A stretch of DNA of 59,410 bases, filler included, from Platydemus manokwari (Eukaryota): assembly GCA_037951405.1 (NCBI GenBank). It is 5 parts of 5 records of this genome, joined end to end, with 100 filler letters (N's around TTAATTAATTAA, not from the genome) between each part and the next. Parts side by side here need not be neighbours in the genome. Positions count along the whole stretch, not along the records: positions 28,163 to 40,819 come from JBBMOY010023348.1; positions 40,920 to 59,410 come from JBBMOY010366667.1; 3 more parts are not named here. One strand, given 5' to 3'. Each line of letters starts with the position of its first letter. Position 1 is the first letter of the stretch. Of the stretch, positions 37,133-50,100 are shown one piece after another. The notes beneath the pieces are model-generated. The model made no database searches. It was not told the origin of the DNA and was given only the letters and a program-made list of their open reading frames with translations. The position numbers and the translations under genes are program-made.

Positions 37133-40100
37133 CTAGATATACAATATAAGAATACTATCTACCATATAGAGCTGGAAATAATGGTTTCTGGCGTACAAAA
37201 ATTGGAGTAAGATCACTTTCTCATTCTTTCTCAACGATTGAATTAATATTCTGAGATAATTTTTATTCTTTACTGTCAACCGATCCATTACCACAACGCC
37301 ATCCTTACTGGGATCAAACCCGAACTCAGCTGAAGTGTAACGAGATAATAGCGAAGTACATATCCGTAAAAGAATTCTAACGTAATTCACAAGAGTGACC
37401 CCTGAATACTGTGACATCACAGTTACATAAGGACTCATTTAAGCTTTCACAATAGCCATTCGAACACAATTTTACTGCCGGTACATAAGGAGAGCAAATG
37501 CCTCCATTTACACAAACGTTGCTACAGTTTTGGGGTTCGAAGATTTCGCAGTTTTCTCCGAAATAACCAGGATTGCAATGACAGACGGGAGTACCTGACA
37601 TTCGGTCTATGATACATGATCCATGTTTGCCGCACGGTTTTAGATTACACTTAGAATTTTCACACCGATTCCCGTAAAAGCCGACAGATGAACAATTACA
37701 AAAAGTAGAATTTCCTATTACGTAACACTGGCCATTATTCAAGCACGAATCGTCTTGACACAGAGATATCTCACATTCGGGACCCGTGAATCCAGTACCA
37801 TCACACAAACAGATTCTTTTGATCCGATCTAGGTCTAGGGGTTCAAGAATACATTTCCCATTGTTTTTGCAACTGTGTTGCTCACACCGTGGTTTAATCA
37901 AATGGCATTTGTTTCCCATGTATTGTGTTTGAGAACAATCACACATTATGTCCATGAAATTAGGAGATCTACATATTCCATGAACACAAGAATCTGGTAG
38001 ACAGAGACTGACATCTGGAATAAATGATGACATTAATTATATATTAAGTGAAGATATGGTTATCCCATATTCTCTCTTCAGCATCAGTGAGATAAGAATT
38101 ATAGATGATAAATGAGAGATTAGGTTTATGGTTATTGATATTAACATACAATCGAAAACATACCTTTGCATTTACCAGGTATCACAGATAATAAAGGATA
38201 TGCTTGAATATATTGTGACCAATTACCGCTAAAGTCAAAGATATCTTTGCTATCAGATATCGTAAATTTTAATAAACATCCAATAAATGGTTTTAGCATG
38301 GCTTGTCTTATGCATTCTGGTAGTGGAAAGTCGTTGTTTTCTGATGAGAATCTCTGGTTTATTTTTTCATTCAAACCGAACTCTACCCTTAAATGATCAC
38401 CAACATTCCAAGAATGTATGTTCCATGCTATCGGATGCTTCATCATTGTCATGATATCTTCATACAATATAACGCTTTTCAGCAGATCTATGACTACTCG
38501 TCCTTCGATAAGTTTACCTGTTATGGGTAAGAAGAATCTTTTCGAAGTCTGATTACCATCCTTGTATATGATAGACATATTTTTTCGATCACAGAGAATT
38601 ATCGATACAAATTTATCACCACTTATTAAATGGACAAATGAGCCTGAAATATTTCGGATTGGGATTTGGAAATCAATGGTAACACGCCAGGTTAGTTTTA
38701 CTAACGATGTAAGCAAGGCGTGATGGAAGTTGTTAAGAAATGTCACTGACGGACTGATTGCGCGACCAAGAACATTCAATGTGATGAGTGGTGAATTCGG
38801 ATAAATGAATTCAGTTTGATAGAACAAATCTCCCAGTGGTGGATTATGGATGTATTGGAAAACATTTAGTTCGTTGTATATCAGATTCTTCATTCTGAAA
38901 TCTGAACCAGACACATTTGCGCAACGGCCAATGGTGATTCTGGATATATTGAGCACCAACAATGGATGTAAATCTAATACTAAGGATCTATTAAACAATC
39001 CGATGATAGAAACATTTATTTTTACATTTCTCTTCATCATCAACCGTCAGTCGAATAAATGGAAATCTCACATTGATTCGCACCGAATGCCACAAACCAT
39101 CACTGATAACAGACCGATGGTGATGCTGGATTAAACAAAGAAAAAATAAAAAAAACATGCATTCAATAATATTTACAAAAGCCTGTGCCATTTGCAACGA
39201 AATCATTCCATTAACAATAGTAATCTCCAACTTGTTGTGTGAGCCACCGATATTGAGACTGGCAATGCAACTGTCTGTCGATTTTGTCAGCAGAATAAAT
39301 TCAAGATCGAGAACATTTGTGAATGGAAAGACAATACTGAAGTTTATCACAACCATGGACCTCTCCATAATCATGATTTGGTTGCTCTCTGAAGACATGA
39401 ATTAGAAATAATCAACACATCAATGATAATGGAGACAATTAAAACAAAAAACCAAAGAAAAATGATTTTATCCTCAGATAATTAAGCTGGAATCAAATGA
39501 TTTTTTACGGCTGTTTTCAAAAAAATCTGTTTATTTAATCCACCTGAATACGGGAACGGCAAGCATTTTGACGGGAAAATATGAAAAGATAAACACCAAA
39601 CATCATCACATTTTTTACATTTCTGGCATAGATATTTATGTTGGATTTCACTGTATCATCAAAATTCTTTTTTGCGGTATTGTTGAAACATCTATAGACA
39701 TTAAGGAAATATCAATGTTAGAAATGGCTGAGAAATTGATCTGTAATGAGAGACACAATGACAAAATGTTGGTCGGATTGAAAAATCAATTTATAGATGA
39801 TGATTAGATTAACACTTGATGTCCAATCCATGATGTCAGTTGATAGGAATTGTGCAACGTCGCATACGGTTTAGTGATTATCTTTATACATGAATTATGT
39901 GTTTGGTGTCTCGAAATGTAAGATTTCTTTCAACAAAACCAGCCAATATCAGATGTATTGATTTCTTAAACCACTACTGATGAGCTATATTTTGATTTTA
40001 TATAAACGGAGCCACCATTGCTTACGAATTATTTTTCTCTATTTATGAGTGTTTAACTGATATAGACACCCCCACGATATACCTTCTCTACCGTAATAAA

Positions 40101-40200
40101 ATCATTCCAACCCGATCAGTAGATCTGAAATTTTTGAAGTTTATTTTCAGAAACATCAGATTTAAATTCAAAACTACATCGTCAAATACCAGGTACCCAC
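37133..40200 (-). CDS. Laminin-G/EGF-repeat protein (neurexin/Caspr/Crumbs-like), possibly partial or pseudogenised
   Basis: About five EGF repeats (CDCSQTQYMG, CLCDGTGFTG) in exon ~38014-37382, and LamG motifs DGLWHSVRI, FIGCL and FRSTDRVGMILL. A 46-nt GT-AG intron near 39025-38980 restores frame. The 5' LamG segment has in-frame stops, and no TM or cytoplasmic tail was found. Confidence 0.7.
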
Positions 40201-40819
40201 ACAACAATAACGAAATTTATAACAAAATCTAATGGACCAATCAGAATTATAGATTGTAATAATTATTAATATCAAATCTTCAGTAAAATGAGAGTTGACT
40301 TGATAAATGCATAAACCGAAATATTGATTATCTGTAAGTAATTAAGCCAATCAACACAGAAAATATATATTTATACTGGTATCATTTTTAGATGCATTGA
40401 CGGTATTACTACTACTATTAATAATAATACTGATATTATATAATTTTAGTAATAATATATAAATTTTGTGTTAAGCAAATCCAAATACAGAAGTCGGAAT
40501 GAATTATTTTCATTTTCTCTGCCAATGTAATTTTTGAATCAATTTAGATTGTTGAAGAGGGGGGAGAGATTGAAACAGCGCACGTGTATCAATGAGAAAC
40601 CAGATGGGAAAATCTGGTAAATGACTTGAATCTAATTAACCTTTTATCATTTAATATACTATTATTGATGTCCACAAGACATTCCAATGTCAATTGTTTC
40701 ATAAATTATCTCCTATCCCACCATAATATCCCATAAATATGCAAATATTGGGTGTATAACCTTAAAATTTCGATTTGATAAAAGATGTCGCTGGGAGTAT
40801 TGCTTGCATATAATGTCGT

Positions 40820-40919
40820 NNNNNNNNNNNNNNNNNNNNNNNNNNNNNNNNNNNNNNNNNNNNTTAATTAATTAANNNNNNNNNNNNNNNNNNNNNNNNN
40901 NNNNNNNNNNNNNNNNNNN
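40820..40919. other. Assembly gap with artificial linker
   Basis: N-run with TTAATTAATTAA at 40864-40875. Confidence 0.97.
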
Positions 40920-41482
40920 GATTGTTTGGAGGTAAATTTGTATATTTGTGATCAATAAATCATTTACAATTGTTTATCATTTATATCCAACAATATGTAT
41001 GACTACTTCAGAGACTCAAATATCCATAATACATAAGTCATTGATTTCATTCTGTAACTAAAAAGGAATTTCTTTGAAAAATTGGATGTTTTTAGAGTTT
41101 TTAAAAATATAAAAATTAGGAATAAACGTTCAAAATTTCATAAAAACCAATAAAGAAATAAACATAGTACTTATATAGATTATCAGTGTGTATTAATATG
41201 AATTAATAATATACAATATCAACAAATTGGGTCAATCAAGTAGATTCAATTTATTAACAAATTATCAACAAAACAAACATAAACCCCAGATCAGTATTGC
41301 CACAAAGTAACTCCAAAATTGATAAATGCCTCAATCGTCTGGATTTTACTATTTTGAAAACTTTTATTAAATCAAATAGTTTACTTAATATTAAACAACA
41401 ATAAGAACATTTTCGAACTGATTTTTACATTGCTCAATAAAAATAAAGAAAAATGAAAAGTACGAATTCAATTCTAAAATTT

Positions 41483-44096
41483 CTAAAGTTCGGTTTTTGA
41501 TCGCTGAGGAATGTCTGAAAAATAAGATTGTAAAAAAATAATTAAATAAACTAATAATAATCAATCAAATAATAATAATTAATCAACTGATATTAATTAT
41601 AATAATTATTATTATTTAATAAAGATGAGATATTTTGTAAATTAGCTAACAACCTTCATTGAAAGTTTGAGATCCTTCTGATGGTGTTGGATATGGTTCT
41701 TTTGGTTTTGTCGAGTAAATTTCATTCCATAAAACTTTTATCTCCTCATCATAACCTTTCCATTCTGGTAAAATTCTCATAGCTGCGCTTAGCTTTGGCT
41801 CTTTAGTCATTGGATTATTACATAAATCAATTGTTTTTGCTTTGGTTTTATCATCAGCCGAGCACCATGTTTCACACCACAACCAATCCTGTGGCAAAGA
41901 TTTAATTGGAACCTGATGAATCATATTGTTTGGTAAATCCTGATCAAGATTAGCTAAGCTATTTGGATCCTGACTCAATCCATGATACTGGCCTCTTAAA
42001 CGATCACCGGCCGCCATCATTCTAAACCTATTGAGATCAACCACATAGAGAGCAGAAATGTGATAGGGACGACCGGCTAAATGCTGAGACCAGTAACCAC
42101 TTTTCCAAAATCTGAATCCATCCATTTCTGGTTTCGAGCTACAAAATGGTGTATATCCATAAGGAGCTCCTTCCAAATCAAGGTCAACCAATTCTTTCAA
42201 GTCAGCTCTTACCATCTACAATTACACATTGATCGTGATTTTTCGAAATTTAATTAAACCTGATCTGCATCGACGAAAATGATTTTGCTCACATTCAAAG
42301 GAAATAAAACATCGAGAAACAAGATTTTATAACCCCAAATTATACGCTGCTTTTCCGTTTGCTGTTGTAACCAACGGGGCCATTTGTATTGAACCAAATC
42401 ATATTCAAATCCATATTTTTTAGCCATATGGGGAATAAATTTCTTAAATGTTGGTGACAGGTAATTCTTCAGAAACCAAAATTTAACTTTCGATTTAGTT
42501 TGCTTCAAAACACTGATCATCATGATTCTAAAGGGTATAGATTTTTTATCAATCAATTTCACATAATTAGGATAAAATGAACAAATTAAATATGAATGCA
42601 TTTTTTTCCAAATGCGATTTAAGAAATTGTAAGAAATTAAAGAATATATTTGATCAAAACAATTCCAATGCTTCAACTATGTGGTGTTCAAATAATTCTG
42701 TAATACTCATCAAAAATATCAAAAATAATAACTGTTTCAATCGAAATGTTTTTGATATTAATTTCCGGAACTATATAGAGAATTAATTTTCATTCTTAAG
42801 TTTAGAATTTTCACTCTTTCGTACTCTACATTTCCTGTCCGATTATGTCATAATTAACAAGTAAGATTATTACGCTCTATATTTGTGGTGATATTTGGTG
42901 AAGTGTAATTGGTTGATTTTGGAATAATATACAAGTTCTCATCAAATATGTAACAACTAATAAATGTGTCAATTTGATAAAAAATAATATTTTCAATATT
43001 GAAATTATTATTACATTTTAAAAGCATTAACAGTATTTCATGAAATTCGGTCTTCGAGGTTTTAAAATAAATAAATTTTTAATCAAAATCATTATCATAT
43101 AGTATTTTTCAAAATTAAAAACGTTAACTTCATTCCAATCAAACTCTATTGATAAAAATAACAAAATAAAATCTCAGACCTTGGAGTTACATATTTGTGA
43201 CGACATGAAAACTTAAAATCATATTTTGTTAATTTAATATATTGACTGTTTAGGAAAAGTTAAATCCCCAAAACGAAAAGACAATTTTTTACATCATGTC
43301 GAGAATATTCTCAACAGAAATAATTGATTTTTATTGATTTTCTCCAATGGAATGGACATTTCTGTTTTCATGGAATTTCCAATGGAATTTTATTTAATGG
43401 TCAGCAAAAAGTATTCCAATACAAAATTCAACGTTGGTTAATATATAAATATAATACAATATTTTATTATTTTTATATCTCTCCCCATTTTAAAATCATT
43501 AAAACATGAATTGGTGAATATTCGATTGATTATTTTATAAGATAATATATAATCAAAAATAATTTCAATGATAAATAATTATCAATTTCAAATCATTACC
43601 TTAAGAATCTTTCATAAAGATGACCAGAAGCAACAGAAAATATATTAATCGTTTCATTGATTGTCTCGGATTTTGTGGTAGATTTTGAAAATGCACTAAA
43701 TAATAACAAATAAATACAATTTAATTCAATTCTAGTAGAAAACTAAATTCCCCACGACTCACTTGGAAATGCTAGCCCAGATAGAACTAGTTTCTTCATC
43801 TAGTTTTGATTCACTCAATAAATTCTCATTGATTTTATGTGGTTTTTTATTCACTTTCACTCGAATAATTTTTGCACGGAAACTATTGACCACAGCCACA
43901 GGATCTGACGATTTGTCATCACTATCTGTGAATTCATGACTGCATAAATATAACACATTTTAAATGAAATGACTAATAATTGGATATATATTACGAACTC
44001 TAATATATCATAAATATCTTTCGATTTGCCCTCTCTCAACTTTAAATTCCAAGCTCCAGGATTAGCTTTTAGTTGAAAGTAACCCTAAATGATAAA

Positions 44097-44131
<35 letters not shown>

Positions 44132-47100
44132 TAGAATATTTAACTGATTCTAAAGAAAATATCTAACGATTTTATAAATATTATCTATTCAAAATCGTCA
44201 AACCACTTACCAAATTGGCCATAACAATTGTATCATAAGTGGTTTTATTGGCATCATTATTTGACAATACAAATTGTAAACCTCTTGGTGGTTGTCCAGT
44301 TGTTGTATCAACACAATGACCCTCTAAAACCAAATATTCCAATTCGAAATAAGCATGTGCAACTCCATTTTTGACATCAGAAAATCTCAAGTTATCCAAA
44401 TCATATATCGAATTTGTCGGCTCCACAAGCCAATTATGTATTGGTTCAAGTCCTAAAGTCAACAGTGGTTGGCCAGGAAGTCTAGAAAATTGGGCTTTGG
44501 GACTTGAAATACCAATTATATTTCCATTTGAATCTCTAATCACGGGGCTTGGATCCAATACGAATCGGTAGAAACTAATTCAACAATATATTCAGAAAAA
44601 ATCATTACTAATCATTAACCTTTTCAAAGGTTGTTCGGATAATTTATCTTTACAATTGAATATAACTCGAACATTTAAATTGAGACTTTCCTTCAAAACA
44701 AGCATAATATGAGATAGTTTCTGTGCTGCTCTACTTAATGGATCGATTATCGCTACAAGATCAAAAGCAGGTTTCGATATATGACCCATTAGAGAAAACC
44801 CTGTGTATTCTTCTTTCAAATTCCTAATATCGATTTTCTTCGAAGTTGAAATTACACCAACCTTAAAATTATTACCATAAAACACGTCTCACAATAAAGC
44901 CAAACAGAAATTAGAGCACAAATTAACCAAAGTTAATTTTAATGTTAAATATAAAGAAACGAATACCATACAATTATATATTTTGTCAGAAAATTTGTAA
45001 GTATTTTCATAAAATATGTTTCTGTTGAACTTCTAAATTAAATTTCAACAGTTTCAAATATAAACATATTCGATCCTTCTGTTATTGATTTTGAAATGAA
45101 AATGTAGCAAAATATTTTATGCGATTTTAAAGTTAAATTTTTGTATAAATAATCGATTACTGAATACGGGCATGATGGAAGAAAATATGTGCTGAATTTC
45201 AATGAAAGCTCATATTTTGAAAACTTCACTTAAAAATTCACTTAAACCAATGATAAATTTAATTTTCAAACATGTGAATTAAATATTGTTCAGATACTTT
45301 TGAATGCAATCCCCAATAATGAAGAGTTAATGATATTTCAATAATTGTTTCTGAAAATCATGAAACCGTAATATTTCTACCGCAATCCTAAAATCCCTTT
45401 AACACACATTAGATATAAATACATAAAATTAAGAATTCTTAAATTTAAAAAAATACTTTTCATTATAATTTATAAATGATATTATTTATACTGGTTTTCG
45501 AACTTTCCCTAATTATGCTATACATATAGTATGTTAATATAATAAATAGCATCACAAATATATTGATAATAATATCTTAATTATTTTTTACAATGCTTGG
45601 TTAGAAAATTGTACTTATGAAAATATAATTTAATCATCAGCCTTGATTACTCAAAAACAGGAGTAGGCGCGTCAATTATATGATATTTATAATGATTGTT
45701 ATATAAATACTATTATAATGAATAAAATAAATTATTATTGAGTTACAAATAAATTTGAAAATAGTCGTACACACGAATTCATACCTGTGCAGAAGAGCTC
45801 GATTTTGCTAAATCCTTCTGAAGAGTTGCATAGATTTTATTAGTCAAGTCTGACAACAATTTCGATTTAACGACTCCACCACCCAATAACTCCTTCAGTT
45901 TCGATAAAATTTGAACAGCACCTATACAACTTCTCTCAACCAATTTGAAATCATCTTTAATCATGCTGTCAACAGCATCGAAAGGACCATGAATCTGACA
46001 GAACAATCAATATATGGAAAACATTGTGCAATTTTCATTACTTTCCCATTTGCCACTAGAAATACTTCACCGGGTTGAGCTTTTAATACATTTTTCACAA
46101 ATAATCGATCTTTTGTTAAATAATTTTCATCTACAACATTGACATCATTCAACATATTCTTAATGTTTGGATTCTAGAAATATAATTAATAATAAATATT
46201 ATGAAACAATAATTATATCAAAATTTTTAGCAAAATAACTATAATTTATATAACATCGATGTTTTAATTAGTTTTTTTCATTTGATAATAAATGAAAAAT
46301 AATCAATAAAAATAATATTAATAATAATAGTAGTAATAATAATAATAACAATTATAGAGCTTTTCTCGCTATCTATAAATTCTAAATGGGTCTCATAAAA
46401 TATAATTATTGATTTCAAAATGATTTCACAATCGAAATCATTTATTAAATTAACTTATCGAATTATATTAATGATATGGAAACCATTTTGAATATCTTAT
46501 AATTTGTATTTTATTTATATTTCTAATAAATTTCATAATAGTTATTTGGTTTCTTACCTCAGAAACAAATGTTTCCCAATTATTTTGAGTACCTGATACA
46601 CCTTTCTCGCCGATAAGTGCTAAAATAGATTTCCTTGCCAAATCTGGCGGTAATTTATTGATGATATTGTAAACAGCTCGATTCATAAAACTATCAATAT
46701 TTTCATTTGAAGGATTTTGAATCAATCCAATTCTTGAATTATAAGAAGATTGAGCCCATTTTAATGCTTCATGGAGATATTGTTGACCTTCTTTTGTTTC
46801 TAAATCCGCTATAATCCATGTCGTTGTTGATTTGGTGGTACTTGCGTCATCTAAGAAAATATGAATTGAAAACTTCATTATGAGAATGGAATGATTACAA
46901 AATGAGTTACTAATGGAATGATTATTTTTTAAAATTAGAATCAAATTCATGCACAGTTTTGTGCAGTGATAATAATTCCAATTCAGACATTCATTTTCGA
47001 ACGTTTGACTCTAAACCTTTGTAAAGGTGATATCAAAGATGTTCCAAACTATTACAAAGCATCGATAGATTTTTCAAAACGAAATTAACTTCCAACACTT

Positions 47101-50100
47101 CAATAATATCACAAGCAACATTTTTTATGATTTTCGAAATATATTAACCGTTTATAAATCAAGTTGTCATAAAAATTTCAATTTTTTCCAAGGTTTCTGT
47201 AAATCAAATGACCAAATCTGACATTTTCTCGTCAATATTAATTATTCGAGATTCATGAAAGATCATACGATTTTCATCAAGCTCCTTGCAATTATGACAG
47301 CTTGGTTAATATAAATGATCCTTTAAAATATCTATAAAATTGTCATTAGCATTCAAACAAGTATAAATTATCCGAGATTTGTTAGCATTAAATATTTTTA
47401 TAGCATTTCCAAAATGGTTTCGATAATGAACCATATCTTTTAAAGCATATTTCGATGTAAATATTTTTTAAAAATATCTAAATTATATATTCAATAAATT
47501 ATACATAATTATTTCTATAATTGCAAGAATGCAATGACATAAATTTCGATGATAATCTGAGTTGACATTGAAATTGACTGCACATTATAAGTAAATTAAT
47601 ATAGAAGTATGAGATGAATAATTATTCATTATTTGGACTACACATTTATATATGGAGAGAGAGAGTTTTTAGCTTATTATTAAATAAAGAAACATTATTA
47701 TAATTCAATTTAATTTCTTTTCGCTGAGATAGAGAAATAAAATATTGACATAAGCAATGGAAATAAAAATACTAAAAACAAAATAAGAAAATTTAGATTG
47801 TAATAATTATCAGTTTTTATCATTTCAATTATATACATACATATATTGAAATATGGGCGTTGCAATGAAAATGATTGCTGATCCAATTTGTGATATAATT
47901 TTATTATTTATTAGAATTATATATGAATTTTGACTAAGGACCCAATATGATAGTTATTCACAACAAGCATCATCAAAACATATAAGCGATTCCATTATTA
48001 TATTATCATTTCAAATCAAATTTCTAATCCACACATTCCAATGTATTAAATTGTAGAATATATGTAATTTGTTTAAATATATTCAAAAATTTATAGATTG
48101 GGTTAAATTAAATATAAAATATCACAGAACAATATATAAATGATATAATATTATACATTAATATTATTAAACAAATCAAATATTAATAAATTCACAATCA
48201 AGAGATTATTCTCACCATTTTTAACAAAATATCTCATATTATCTGCGATATAAGTACTCAATTCATCATCAGTAAGGCTGTTAAGAAATTCTAAAATAAA
48301 TAAAGATTATACCATGTCTAAATAATATATCAAACAAATCAAACCGGAAGTATTATTTGTATTTTCAAGTGATTTTGTAAAACTAACAAATTGTGGATTG
48401 ATATTTTGTAATAATTTATTATTGAGTCGATTAACAACATTTTCTGATGACATTAATAAATCGAGAATTGGTATACCGTCTACCAATTGATGATTCATTA
48501 CCAATTTCTGAAGCTCATTTGTTGTCATGAGAACATTACTTACCACTGCTTCTTCGAATCCATTTTCGGTGAGAGTTTTTTTATCAATTAACAAACCATT
48601 CATTAAAACAAATGGTTTTGGAAAATTTACTATCCCACTATCATGTAAATATTTCCACGAAGCCTATAATAATTATTATTATTACTAAAATTAATTAACT
48701 CCATAATTAATCAAATTTAATAACGATTATTATAAATTTTTTATAAATTCATATCAAAATATTTGTTTGATTTATCATTGGTTAACATATTTTTGCTAAT
48801 ATATTTTTGAATTGTTTATAATGATGACTGATTTTAATTATTGTTAGCTCTTCAGTTTTAACTGGTTTGGTATATAAGATCATAAGATTTTTACAATATT
48901 TCACAGGTCAAAATTGAAAGATATAATGATCGCAAATTAAAATATTAAAATCTCATTTAGTGATAACAGTTAATGAAATACTATCATTTTAAACAGCATA
49001 GTCTTCTCCACCCTTTTATTCATTTTTATGGTGTAGTAGAACGCGTTTATCTTGGTTGCAAAGATCATCCCGTCATGGAGAAAATCATGTATAAATCGTT
49101 TAGAGGATATAGGAAAAATATTGCCTTATATTTTCATTTTAAATCAGAAAAAAATTCGCCACGGAGATGAGTTTTATTATTGTTTAATAACTAAATTCTG
49201 TTTTCTTAGATCTAACCTGGTAATTGAAGAACGAGAAAATTAGATTAAAGTAAAGTACACAGTGAACATATTCATGCCTCTAAAAATCGATTATGACCTA
49301 GGAAACTTGGACTATAAAAACCAGAATTTCTGACTTTGAGTATCAAACGAGAAACTTTTATGTTTTGTAATAAATCTTTGCATCTTCATAACTCGAAACA
49401 AAATCCATGATATATATATATATATAATTCAACTATATTAACCTAAGTTGTTTTGTAGTACTCAACTATTCAATCATTCAGTAACGAAACAATTAAAAAT
49501 TTTATAAATAATAATTGATTAAATAAAATCATATAAATGTTAAACATATTATTACATAAGGTATATATAATAAGGAAATAACATAAATATCACTGTAAGC
49601 CGCTACGATTTTAGAAAACACGCGTGGGAAACAAACTGAAAAGTCACGACACTAAATTATATATTTAAATAAAATCACATAACAAATTAATATAATTTGA
49701 TATAAAATCTGAATCAAATCTTTCAAAATGTAATTCAATTAAAAATTCTTACAATCACAATCATATCATAATTATATGTCAATATATAATGATAAGATAG
49801 AAATATTAGATATGTTAATAACATATTAAATAAGATATCTTTAATGAAGTTAAGTGATTGGTTCAATGATTAAACATTATTATAGATGGATAAATAATTA
49901 TATAATTATATATAAAATCATATATAAATATTTATATAAATTGTGTTAACAAATCTATTAATAAAATACTCAGTTAAATTGATAGAATGAATTTTTATAT
50001 TTCTAGTAAGATAATTAATTATATAAAATAACATTATTAATAAAATAAATTATCAAATATAATAATATCACCTTAATATTATCATCATAATCCGATGTTT

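Noticed and set aside
39930-40031. Alternative genetic code (stop reassignment) explaining the in-frame stops
   Set aside because: PP1, gamma-tubulin and the Ly6 gene end in TAA and UGGT ends in TAG, all with no internal stops. The decayed regions also contain frameshifts.
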